A DNA stretch of 61,460 nucleotides, the filler included. It is 13 parts of 13 records of this genome, joined end to end, with 100 filler letters (N's around TTAATTAATTAA, not from the genome) between each part and the next. Parts side by side here need not be neighbours in the genome. Positions count along the whole stretch, not along the records: positions 8,155 to 14,979 come from SRR15195285_5698; positions 15,080 to 20,050 come from SRR15195285_5706; positions 20,151 to 24,221 come from SRR15195285_5710; 10 more parts are not named here. The stretch is one strand, 5' to 3'. Positions within the stretch are counted from its first letter, which is position 1. Each line of letters opens with the position of its first letter. A model generated the notes under the pieces. That model was given only the letters and a program-made list of their open reading frames with translations, was not told where the DNA came from and made no database searches. Both the position numbers and the translations under genes were made by a program. This document shows, in pieces, positions 11,401-21,812 of the stretch.

Positions 11401-13423
11401 ATCTGTCCTGGCATTGGCAGCATTTTTGTTCCTGGTGTTCGCCGTTCTCGGGCTGAACATGTTTGCGGGAAAGTTCTGGATGTGCCAGGAGGAAGGGTTT
11501 GAGATGTTCAACAGAACGGAGTGTATGGATGCTGGGTATGAATGGGCCAACCCTGATCAGCACTTTGACAATATCTGGCATTCCCTTGAAGCCTTGTTTG
11601 TCACTGCGACTCTAGAGGGCTGGGTGGAAATCATGAACCGGGGAATGGATGTGCCAGACGAAGTGGGCATGGCGCCTGTTGAAGGCATGTATCCTTCGCA
11701 CTCGCTCTTTTTCGTGATTTTCACGATTCTTGCCAGCTTTTTCATTACAAACTTGTTCATCGGTGTGCTGGTGAATAATTTCCAGGAGAGCACTGGAAGC
11801 GCTGTGATGACAGATGAGCAGCAGAAGTGGGCTCGATTCCAGATGCTGCTTGCCATGGCTTCACTGGAAGAGTCGGAGCAAGAGAAGGCCGCGGAAATGG
11901 AACGGGCCAAGCCGTTCCAACGTACCCTCTTGCCAATTGTCAATGACCACAAGTTTGAGGTCGGCATTGCTGCCATGATCGGCCTCAACGTAACTATCCT
12001 GCTGTTCGAGCACTTCCCACAGTCCCAGGCAGCCACAGACTTCATCGAAGCGGCCAATCTCATTTTCTTGATTCTATTCACACTCGAGATGTTTCTGCAG
12101 ATAGCCGCCCGGGGCCCGGTCGCATACTTCAGCAGCAATTGGTTTAAGATTGACTTCGTCATCATCTCTTTTTCGTGGGTCCTGACATTCTCCAATGTGC
12201 AAGCTGGACAGAATGCCGCGCGAGCTGTCCGAATGCTTCGCGTGCTACTCATCCTGAAGTTTGCCAAGATGGCCCGAGCTATGGTCATGACAGTCATCTT
12301 GTCTGTTGGACCGACCCTTAACGTCATTGCGGTGCTGGTGCTAGTCCTGTACATCTACGCTGTTGCCGGCATGCAATTTTACGGCAATCTGGAAGACTGT
12401 GACAAGATCAACGACTTGGAAAACTTTAGAAACATCTTCAATGCAATGATGTTCCTGTTCCAGATTTCTACGGGACAGGACTTCAAGAGCATCATGTTTG
12501 ATATCCGGGCGCAGAATGGCTTTGCAACGGCTGCGTTCTTCATTTCGTTCTACATTTTGGCCATCTTCGTCTTCACCAACCTGTTCGTAGCCGTGTTGCT
12601 GGAGGCGTTCGAGCGCGAGTTCGACGACTCAGTGCCGCTTGACATGACCGCCGACGACTTGATTGACTTCAAGAACCATTGGGATGGCAAGTGCGAAGAT
12701 TTGCTCAGGAAAGAGCTCGTGCTGCCCAAACGCGGTCGCTGTGGAATCAGGACCACATGTATGGCTGTTCCCGTTCGGCATCTACGGGAGTTCATCCAGG
12801 ATTTGCCAGAGGACTCCGTGGTTGGCCATGCGAGGGACCTAGGAAATTCGACAGTCTGGTGGAATCGCTTGCTGTACGAGCTTTCAACGAACGAGAAGTG
12901 TTCAATTTATCAGGTCGAGCCGCATTTTGTGCACGAGGCAGAGCAGGGGCAGGCGAGCGACCGCGTGCTGGATGAACTGATTGAGTTCGACGAAGTGGTT
13001 CGGGCCTGCAACCTGATGCGCAGTGCGGCCTACGCGGACGAGGATGAACTCCATCTCGACCAGCTTAGTTACGGCGAGCGTGTGAAGATGCAAGAGCAGC
13101 TAGACGCCAAGAGGGAGCATTGCGCGATGCAAATGCTGGAGTCGGCCGTGGGAGCATGGCGCATGCTTCGGTACCCTCCAGCGGAGGTTGCGGATAGGAT
13201 TGCAGCTGACCCGACGGGCAACGAGGAGAAGGTCTGGCACATGCAGGTAAGCTGCCGAGGTTTCCGCTGCCTGCATACCACCACGTTCCCCACTACATCG
13301 CACTACCACGGGACTCACTGGCTGTTGTCTTGACTGTGGCTGTGTTTGCGCCGACCCCTGCAGGTGGTAATGGGGCGGACGTTGATGATGGCAACAATCA
13401 TACAGCGACACAAGATCGGCTAG
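8405..13423 (+). CDS. Four-domain voltage-gated cation channel alpha subunit (Nav/Cav-like); introns 9036-9107 and 13247-13363
   Basis: Four 6-TM repeats with S4 Arg arrays (RTARALRPLRAMR; RMFRILRLFRAARLVR; KVFRVARVMRPLR; RAVRMLR). Pore motifs TLDEW, TGEDW, TLEGW, TGQDF. S6 NLFVAV motifs. Both GT-AG introns restore the frame. Confidence 0.93.
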
Positions 13424-13783
13424 GCCAGATTCCGTAATGCGAGAATCTTCTTTCAGGCGACAACTTGTCACCTGTATTGCGCTATAGACACAGTCCATAC
13501 AGCCCACAACTGTGCGGCCAGCAACCCGCCTCTGAAATGTAGCCAGCAGCCCGGTGACTCGTCTCAGTTACGTCTCGGAGATCGCCGACACTGCCGCGGC
13601 AGCAGCAGCAGCCGACGGAGCAACATGTGAACCAGCAGTCCGCTTGTCAGCCTCCCCGTGCGCCCGTCACTCCGCCACCCCGCAGTCTCGTCTCTCGCAG
13701 TCTCGTCCCTATCCGCCCACCTGAGCGCCGCGTCCGCGCGCAGCGGACAGCCAAGAAGCATGCGCAGGGGGTACCCGCCCCCG

Positions 13784-14315
13784 TTAGAGCTTCTTCATCA
13801 CGTCCATGAAGTCGTCGAAAGTCACTTCGCCCTTGTTGTCTGGGTCCAAAAAATTGAGCATCTCTGCCATCTCTTCACCTGTCATCTGCTCACCCATCAA
13901 GTCCATGACCTGCGCCAGCTCGTGCTCCGTGAAGCTCGGGTTGCCGGCCCCTTGTTGCCCGACGTCACAGAAGAACTGGAACGCGTCCATCATCACATCC
14001 TCCTGGTCGGTCAGGCTTTCCGTCTTCGCGGACGTGCGCCCCATGATCTTGAGAAACTTGGGGAAGTCGATGGTGCCCGTGTCATCGGTATCCACCTCCC
14101 GGATCAGCGCCTCGATTTCCTAAGCGAGCGTCCGATGCGAGGTCATTCGGCGCGACACTCAGGCGAGACAGTTATCGTCAGGAGCGTACCTTGATGTCTA
14201 CTTCCTTGTGCGGGTCGAACCGGGTCATCACCTCGAAGACTTCGTCCGCGGTGAGCTCGGTGTCCGCCGGGTTCTGCGAATTGAAGAACCCGAACGCCTC
14301 CTTAAACTCGCGCAC
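13784..14315 (-). CDS. Calmodulin/centrin-like EF-hand protein (first exon not identified); intron 14120-14189
   Basis: Spliced product VREFKEAFGFF...EIEALIREVDTDDTGTIDFPKFLKIM...MGEQMTGEEMAEMLNFLDPDNKGEVTFDDF. Confidence 0.85.
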
Positions 14316-14979
14316 CTGCACGCACAGAGTAACATTCTGCGGTCAGGCGCTTGCTTGAACGACGCCCACTCTGACCCCTCGCAGGCACAACACTCAGCCC
14401 TCAACCTCAACCTAGCTCTCAACCCTGCACGGATCAACCGCCCCGACGCTACTAGCATGCCGCATGCCGTGGCGAGTATGCTACGGGGAAAGGCTGCTGC
14501 AGCTCTGCCATCTTGTTTTTGCGGGAGGGAGCACAGGCCCCCCGCAGCCCAGCATCTCTCCACCGCACCCCCCGACCCCCGACCCCAGCACCCGACACGC
14601 AACACGCGCCTAATACGCCACATACCACCGCGTGCTACGCTAAGGCGCAGAGGGTCTCTGTCCGTCGCGTGGCGGGCTGCTGCAGCCCCCTCCGTCGCGT
14701 TTTGCGGGACCGCCCAGCGATGACCAGGCCCCTCGCAGCCCAGCCACCCCCTCGCAGCCAATCCCATCTCAACCCTCCCAGGACCCCCACCTCCCCCCGC
14801 GAGCACACCGCATGCTTAAGCACACCACGCCACCCCAAGGAGCAGCGCACGGGAGCGCCCCCCGCCCCCTCACTCTCCAGCGCTCCCACCATCGCGTTTC
14901 GCGGGACCACACCACACCGCTCAGCAATGGCAGCCACCCAGCCAATCCTAACCTCCCCCCCCCCCCCCCCCCCCCCCCC

Positions 14980-15079
14980 NNNNNNNNNNNNNNNNNNNNN
15001 NNNNNNNNNNNNNNNNNNNNNNNTTAATTAATTAANNNNNNNNNNNNNNNNNNNNNNNNNNNNNNNNNNNNNNNNNNNN
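14980..15079. other. Artificial contig linker
   Basis: N44-TTAATTAATTAA-N44. Confidence 0.99.
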
Positions 15080-15109
15080 CGTCGAGGTGTTCAACCTGTG
15101 CGTGGCCAC
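15080..15109 (+). repeat. Left arm of a perfect 30-bp terminal inverted repeat
   Basis: CGTCGAGGTGTTCAACCTGTGCGTGGCCAC; exact reverse complement at 20021-20050. Confidence 0.95.
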
Positions 15110-15269
15110 CCGCGCCGCCCCCCAGTGGCGTCCCGATCAGGTCGACCTCTCCGTCGCGGTCTCGTCAGCGCTACTGCAGCGGGCCTCAGGTTGGGAGCTT
15201 CAGGAAAATTTTGACTGCGGTGCTTGGCTGCTGTCTGCGTCTGGAATACCGTGCGCGCGACGGGCGGGC

Positions 15270-17690
15270 ATGGCGATGTCAGACGCTGGCAGCTCCTCTA
15301 GCACGATGGATGGATTGGCATCTGTCGACCTCGGCCGGCTGCTCCCTGCCATACTGCAGACGTTCGCGCTCGTGCTGCTGGGAGCGGTGGCGAACCAGTA
15401 CTCGCTTGTCCCGCCCGCGGCTGCAGAGGCGCTGGGTGCTTATACCGCCAAGTTCGCCCTGCCGGCATTGATCTTCAGGCAGATCGCCCAGCTGCAGCTG
15501 GGGGCATGCTCGCCCGGGCTGCTCATGGGAATGCTAGTCGCGAAGGTTGCGGTAGCCGTGCTCGTTGCTGCAGTCACATGTTGCCTCTCCGGTGGTGGCC
15601 CTGGTGTGGGTCAGCGAGAGCGCGGGTGGTCCATGGCAGCAATCTTTGCCATGCTGACTACGATGCAGAACGACTTTGCGCTCGGCCTGCCCATCCTCGA
15701 CGCTCTGTACCCATCGCCAGAGAAATCCTGCGAAGAAGGCGCCCACGCACCTCACACACTCACGTACAGCGACTACCTCTACCTCTTCGCGCCAATCTCC
15801 GTCATGATCATCAACCCGCTCTGTTTTGCGGTGCTGGAGTTTGCCAACAGCATCGCGCGACGCAAACACTCCCCGGACGCAGCACATGAACGAATCGGCT
15901 GCTGGTTCATTTGCCGCCAGGTCCTGCTGCCAACCATAAGCAATCCCGTCGTGTTTTGCGTTGGGCTCGGGCTGCTCGCGAACGGGGCCAAGGTTTCGCT
16001 CGGGGTCGAAATGCCATCAGCTGTCGATGAGGCACTCCAGACTCTGGGCGCGTCGTTTTCTGCCTTGGCTCTCTTCTGTTTAGGCATGAGCATGACAGAT
16101 GACGACAAAGGCGATACCGATGTTGACGATGATGCGGTCAGTGATGACAATGAAACGGAGGGGGAGCAACCTGCGACAGTACTCCCGCCTGTCCGCAGTG
16201 CCCGCTTGAGCGTCGCCGATATCCGTGCCAATGCGGGGGTACGCGATCCCGATAAAAGCCTCGGATCATCGCGGTGGATCGCTGCGTTGCTACTTGTCGT
16301 CGTGAAGTCGCTGCTGTTACCGATCGTGGCACGCACTACTGTGTTGCTGCTAACGGGGTCGGTTGAACACAGCAGGTTCGCGTTCGTGTACGCGACCTTT
16401 CCAGCGGCACCTTCAGTCTACTTATTTGCTACACGGTTCAAGTTTCGCTCGCGCGACCTGGCACATGTTTCGCTTACAACTCTGCTCGGAACATTGCTGG
16501 CCGCGCCGATCATGTTCGTCACAGCACAGATGGCGACGATCACGAGTGTCTCAGGGACGAGCGACCAATTCACTGAGGTTCTGCAGGCTGCAGAGGAGAT
16601 CGGCAAGGGCTCTATGTTCTTCTCCGCATGGACGCTGCTCGTCGTGATATCAATGCTGGTATCGCGAGACGCTCAGGGGCGCGGGTACGCCTGGCGCCGC
16701 CAGCATGTAGTCTGGGCAGTGTTCTTCCTGTCGCTGACGCAGCTCCTGTACACTGGGCTCAATGCAGTGTGCGTGCCGATCAAAGGCGCACACCCGGACT
16801 GGGCGCACACCCTAAAGGACTGTACGCTCACAATCGAGGGCTGTGCTACCGCGAGCAGGCTCTGGGGAGTTGTCTTGCTTGTTGCGGAGATACACCTCGG
16901 CCATAGCAACGCGGCGGCACAGTCGGGCGGCATCTGGAGGCTGCTGCGAGCGGGAAAGTACGTTGTGCTGTGGGTGGGGTGGGTTCTGCCAAGCATCTGG
17001 GTCGGCACATTGGTGTTCTCGCAGTTGTGGAGTAAGCTCGATCTTGAATGCTGGTCATGTTTCTCGAGTCAGCCGGGACACCCGGACGTTTACGTCATAC
17101 GTTACAGGCTCGCGGCATCGGGTGTTGCTGCGGGACTGGCTGCAATAGCGATTGGCTGCTTGATCTGGGCACAGCGACAGGTCGCAGATGTCGATCTGAA
17201 GCCACGCTCGCGCAAGCGCCTTGGTGTGGAGGCAAGGCAAGAAGCTGCTTTGCAAGAGGCATTACTAGGTGGACACGGTAGTCCCCGTCCATCGGACGAG
17301 GCAGAGTCACCAGGCTCTTCCATTGCGGTGAATGCCACTGAAGACGTGAACCAGGCAGTGATCGTGTGGCAGTCTGTGCATCTGCGGACAGTCGGGCTAT
17401 GCAATCTGATTGGTTTGTTGGCCCAGGTCGCGGTTGGCGTGGCCACTTTGCTACCTGATTCTGCTGACGGAATTATGCTTGAGATCCTGGCGCTCAATCA
17501 CTTTTGCCTCTTTGCGCAAGGAATCGCAACTGGTGTCATGCTCGGTGGGTTCAGACCCGCTCCGCTCGTTGCATCACTGAGCAGAGTGGTGCGGCAAGTA
17601 GCTCGCTGCTGGCGCAACACCAAGAGCCAGTATGTCGTCCCTGAACGCTGGTCACAATGGAGCCCGGCAACGGAGCCCGAGCTGAACTAG
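15270..17690 (+). CDS. GPR155: GPR155/LYCHOS-like protein (PIN/AEC-type transporter domain plus GPCR-like domain, no DEP domain seen)
   Basis: KFALPALIF, QNDFALGLPILDALY, YLYLFAPISVMIINPLCF, FAFVYATFPAAP, AAPIMFV and late FAQGI match the GPR155 motif order as I recall it. Intronless ORF. Confidence 0.8.
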   Translation: MAMSDAGSSSSTMDGLASVDLGRLLPAILQTFALVLLGAVANQYSLVPPAAAEALGAYTAKFALPALIFRQIAQLQLGACSPGLLMGMLVAKVAVAVLVAAVTCCLSGGGPGVGQRERGWSMAAIFAMLTTMQNDFALGLPILDALYPSPEKSCEEGAHAPHTLTYSDYLYLFAPISVMIINPLCFAVLEFANSIARRKHSPDAAHERIGCWFICRQVLLPTISNPVVFCVGLGLLANGAKVSLGVEMPSAVDEALQTLGASFSALALFCLGMSMTDDDKGDTDVDDDAVSDDNETEGEQPATVLPPVRSARLSVADIRANAGVRDPDKSLGSSRWIAALLLVVVKSLLLPIVARTTVLLLTGSVEHSRFAFVYATFPAAPSVYLFATRFKFRSRDLAHVSLTTLLGTLLAAPIMFVTAQMATITSVSGTSDQFTEVLQAAEEIGKGSMFFSAWTLLVVISMLVSRDAQGRGYAWRRQHVVWAVFFLSLTQLLYTGLNAVCVPIKGAHPDWAHTLKDCTLTIEGCATASRLWGVVLLVAEIHLGHSNAAAQSGGIWRLLRAGKYVVLWVGWVLPSIWVGTLVFSQLWSKLDLECWSCFSSQPGHPDVYVIRYRLAASGVAAGLAAIAIGCLIWAQRQVADVDLKPRSRKRLGVEARQEAALQEALLGGHGSPRPSDEAESPGSSIAVNATEDVNQAVIVWQSVHLRTVGLCNLIGLLAQVAVGVATLLPDSADGIMLEILALNHFCLFAQGIATGVMLGGFRPAPLVASLSRVVRQVARCWRNTKSQYVVPERWSQWSPATEPELN

Positions 17691-17918
17691 CCTGTTGGTG
17701 AACGTTATGGGTCTAGCGTAAAGTCGGACCCCCACGCGTTGATCGATCTGGTCACTGACGTAATGGATGTAAGCTGTAATTCCATCTCAATTTTGATAAG
17801 ACTTGAATCACTACTAATGGTGCTACTATTCGAATGGTATCGCCGCTCAGAAGCTCTACAGCTCTTGCCCAGCTCGCGAGCTTCTCGTCCAGCTTCTTCT
17901 GCTGCTGCTTGTGCCATG

Positions 17919-20050
17919 TCATTGGGGCAAGGCCTGTCGCGCTGCGTCGCCAATGGCATTTCCATGTGCGGGCTCACCTGTCGAATTTGCGCTATCAGCT
18001 GTCTTGGAATCTGATGCACGAGGAGCACTCTGGCCGAGCGATACAAGCGACCTGACCCATAACACACTGCGGAACTTGAGGAAGATGGCTAAGATAAATT
18101 GCCAAAATTTGGCCCAGATGCCACTGGCAACCACTCGAGTGGTTGCCAGTGACGGTGACACTGGTGACTGTAACAGATGGAGGCTGTCTTGGGATGGCGA
18201 TGGCAGCTGTGGCACTGGGCTGCCCTGAGGAAGCACTTGGACCTGTTGCAGTGGGAGTATTCGCTGCTCTGCCTCAGTCTTCGTCTCCGTCTCCGGCTGT
18301 GGGTCCGGCGCTGGCGCTGGTGGTGGTGTAGCCTTAGTCTCCACCATTTGTATGCCCTGCAACGCTGCGACAACTGCAGGAAATCGAAGACGTTCCTGCG
18401 GCTTCGCCTTCCAGCACTGCTCCATCAACGCAACCCAGCTTGGTGGGCAGTTCGCTTGGCGCTGGCTCTGCAGCGCCGCAGGAAGCCTCGGGCGCTTGTT
18501 ATTCACAGCCACCCACTGCGGTATCAATGCTCGTGCCACGTGGGGCCGTTCGTCCGGTCGACCGACGGCCTCCAAGATTCCGCGCACTACCGGAGTCCTA
18601 GCTTCGACTTCCCACATCATAATGGCAAACGCATACACATCAGCTGCGATTCCAACGCCGGTACCTAAGTACATCTCAGGTGCCTGCATACAATTTCAGA
18701 TTTTAGCAACAGGCACAACCACATAAGATGTGCAGGCTGCGATGGTTTCAACGCACCATGTAGTCAATTGTTCCCTGTGGTACTCCTCCATCATCACTAC
18801 CAGGCTGGCTGCCAGTACTGCGCCGGCTTGCAATCGAGAGCCCAAAATCAGCTACCTTGCACCGGTCGCCGCTGATAAGGATGTTTGCTGGCTTCAGATC
18901 AAGATGAACGATGGGTGCCTTCGAAGGCAAGTCAGCGTGAAGGTAAACCATCGCTTGAGCAACTTGCACCATCATGTGGATTTTCCATCGCCAGCGTAGA
19001 GGGCGAGAGTTGATATGAAGCCAGTCATGCAGAGATCCATTGCGCATGAACTCGGTGACCAGCATCCACTGCTTGCCACCTGCACTGCTGTTGTCACCAG
19101 CCCCAGCAGGGCAGAATGATCCTTGAGTCACGCCTAGGAGCTGGATGACGTTTGGATGATGGAGAGCTTTGAGGTGTTCCATCTCACGGAGGAACTCTGT
19201 TGCCGCTGCCGAGCCTAGAGATACCTCATCCGTGCTCGTAAGGGCCTTGACTGCCACCTCAGTACTACCGAGGAACTTCATCTTCATGACCACGCCAAAC
19301 CCACCTTCGCCTAGTCGCCGCTCAAGCCGTAGGTCGGACCATGGGATCAGCATGCTCTGAAGTTTCTGTGTTGTAATTTCGTCTTCAGTACATGCTCGGG
19401 ATGAGTGACCATGGTCATCAGCCACTGGCCGCAGCTCCTGCTCCATCTCAAACTCCTGTGGTGCTAAACATTTTCGATCTCTGCCCATTACCTTCCGCAG
19501 TGTCGGTCCAAGCTTAGCGACTGTACGAGTTTCCGTACCACGGACTTCGTGTGTTGGTGCGTACTTCCACGCATTGACAGTAGCCACTTGGTTGCTCCGG
19601 CATTGTGGGCATTTGTATTTGTGAACCTCTCCACATTGGTCGTCGACCACACAAGAAGCACCGCATTGCTTACAATCCACCACCAGCTGAAACTTTAGAC
19701 CAAATCTTGCGGCAATGGCATCGGTCTCGCCTGGCATGCCTTCAAGGCAGGACATTACCCGCCGAGCAACGCAGGCAGGTTCGTCGCCAGTTTCAACACG
19801 CACCACGATCCGCAGACACTGCTCGCAGGTGCGGTGAACATAGTAGTCCTCATCACCGAAGAAAAATGCTCGGTCTCGATATAAGTGGCGACATGCCCGC
19901 ACATCCGCCGCAGCGCCGAGAGTGCGAAGTAGCGATACTTGCAACGAGAAAAAGACAGCCTCTGGCAAAAACGATGGCGGCTGATCTTCCCAGTATGCAT
20001 CGTGGTGGACTGAGCGCACAGTGGCCACGCACAGGTTGAACACCTCGACG
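17919..20050 (-). CDS. 5'-truncated TKL kinase with upstream COR-like remnant and Cys cluster (possible Roco-type); intron 18684-18756; 3' end uncertain
   Basis: LGEGGFGVV, VAVK, HLDLKPANIL, KVADFG, GTIDYM|APEMY joined across a GT-AG intron, DVYAFAIMMWE. Upstream FLPEAVFFSLQVSL and CxxC...CxxC. Confidence 0.8.
20021..20050 (-). repeat. Right arm of the 30-bp terminal inverted repeat
   Basis: GTGGCCACGCACAGGTTGAACACCTCGACG is the reverse complement of 15080-15109. Confidence 0.95.
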
Positions 20051-20150
20051 NNNNNNNNNNNNNNNNNNNNNNNNNNNNNNNNNNNNNNNNNNNNTTAATT
20101 AATTAANNNNNNNNNNNNNNNNNNNNNNNNNNNNNNNNNNNNNNNNNNNN
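20051..20150. other. Artificial contig linker
   Basis: N44-TTAATTAATTAA-N44. Confidence 0.99.
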
Positions 20151-20387
20151 GCACCGGTGAAAATTACTCGGGATCGTTGTACACCACCCCTGCGCTTGCA
20201 TTGGGACTACACGGTCGGCGAAAACGATGTGCCACTAAACGATGTGCCACGGGTGTGGCACTAGTGGTGGCACTAGTTGAGGCAGCACCACGGTCGCCGC
20301 TGCAGGGGAGGCGCTGGGAGCCGCTGTAGCGCAAAGCTCTGCTCGCTTAGCGATTGGTATTGGATACTTGATTTGTTTGCATTGTGG

Positions 20388-21812
20388 CTACTTCGCCGAC
20401 GACGACGGCCAGTCGCCACTACGTAACCTCTCGAGCATCTCCACGGACTGCCTAACGCCCCCAAACGGGAAAACGTGCACGATCACCTCCCCCTCCGGGA
20501 CACAAGCTTGCTCGCAGTACGCTCCCAGCGCGAGAACTAGCTCCTCTGGGTACACCTCCTTCTCGTCAGCGCCAGCAGCTTGAGGCTGCTGCGAACCACG
20601 CTTGGACAGCGACTGAGGACCATCTGCAACAAATGCCGACGGACCACTGATGCTGCGCGCTGTTTTCGAATCATCTCCGTCCTCCCCAGTGGTCGTGGAC
20701 ATATCTGCACCGATCTCAGCGAGGAGCTGCGCCAGCTCCGGTCGCTGCAGCAGCTTGTCAGTGCCAGAGTGCTTCGCGTACAGCTGCGAGAGCTCCTTCT
20801 CACCTACCGACAGCACCGCCGCTGCTGCAAGCAGCTCCGCCTGATCTACCTGCCCGTCGCCGTCTACATCTAGGATATCAAACGCCGACCCGAGGAACAA
20901 GCTCGGAACCTCACAGATTTCGGCGATGCGACGCAGCTTGCTTGGTTTTGTCGGACCTGGCACCCCGATGTAGTAGCGAGGTGGTATGGGCTCAGGAGCA
21001 CCTTCGCCCACTGCGGTGGCGATGGCATCGTGCACTGCCGCCCGCGTATGCGCCAGCCATCGGACTAGGATTTGCGCGTCAAAGCAAAACTGACTCGCAA
21101 CAGCAACACTGTGGCCCGCAGTAGTAGCAGCATGAACTTTAGTTGAGAGCAGCTGCATCGTCTTCTTCGAGCCTTTTCCAAGACCTGGATGACCCTCCGG
21201 GTGGCCAGCGAGAACGATGGTGTCAAAGCCGTGGCGGAGTAGCGCCCCAGTAGCCAACAGGTCGCTGGCAGAGGCGAAGGCGGAACCGCCCAGCTTCCGG
21301 TCGTGCTGGTCGTTGCCACCAAGCAAGAGGAGCTCAGTGGCGGGACGAGCGTATCCTGGCGAACTGTCATCGGCACAGCCAGTACAGTGCCTAGCCAGAG
21401 CCGTCAGTGTGGCCTCGAGCTGCTCCTCGTTGTCGAATCGGCTCGCTGGTAGATGCGGCACAGGCACCATTCCACGACCCCGCAGCTCGGCAGCTGCGGC
21501 ACCAACGTCGTCGAAGTGGCCAATGTTTTTCTTGACCATGTTTACGAACACCTTTGTGCCAGTCTGCAGCGGCGACGTAGTACAGTTTTCCGCGGCGGCG
21601 TCCAGAGCACCGACCAGCGTGTATTTGAGCTTGGGTGAGTGCGCTTGGGCGGGGCTGAGTTCGATGCTGGCTGTCCTGCCGAGGCCACGCAGGCGAGCGG
21701 CCATCTGCATGTCTATCGGCACAGTGGGCGTCAGCGGTGCTGCAGCTGCTGAGTGTCCAGCTTCGCCCGCCAGCAGCGTTCCGCCTGCGTCGTGACTTGC
21801 GCCACACCCCAT
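20388..21812 (-). CDS. metF: Bacterial-type methylenetetrahydrofolate reductase (MetF-like) with EF-hand insertion and N-terminal MGCGAS
   Basis: SIELSP, PVPHLPA, LLLGG, LAGHPEGHP, SQFCFDA, IGVPGP, VHVFPFGG are motifs of the short bacterial MetF-like family. Internal DVDGDGQVDQAEL EF loop. Confidence 0.8.
   Translation of the reverse strand: MGCGASHDAGGTLLAGEAGHSAAAAPLTPTVPIDMQMAARLRGLGRTASIELSPAQAHSPKLKYTLVGALDAAAENCTTSPLQTGTKVFVNMVKKNIGHFDDVGAAAAELRGRGMVPVPHLPASRFDNEEQLEATLTALARHCTGCADDSSPGYARPATELLLLGGNDQHDRKLGGSAFASASDLLATGALLRHGFDTIVLAGHPEGHPGLGKGSKKTMQLLSTKVHAATTAGHSVAVASQFCFDAQILVRWLAHTRAAVHDAIATAVGEGAPEPIPPRYYIGVPGPTKPSKLRRIAEICEVPSLFLGSAFDILDVDGDGQVDQAELLAAAAVLSVGEKELSQLYAKHSGTDKLLQRPELAQLLAEIGADMSTTTGEDGDDSKTARSISGPSAFVADGPQSLSKRGSQQPQAAGADEKEVYPEELVLALGAYCEQACVPEGEVIVHVFPFGGVRQSVEMLERLRSGDWPSSSAK

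Noticed and set aside
14955-14979. Contig-end simple repeats (poly-C, GGGA, CTCTCC, CTG) as telomeres
   Set aside because: The motif differs at each end; these are ordinary microsatellites that break assemblies.
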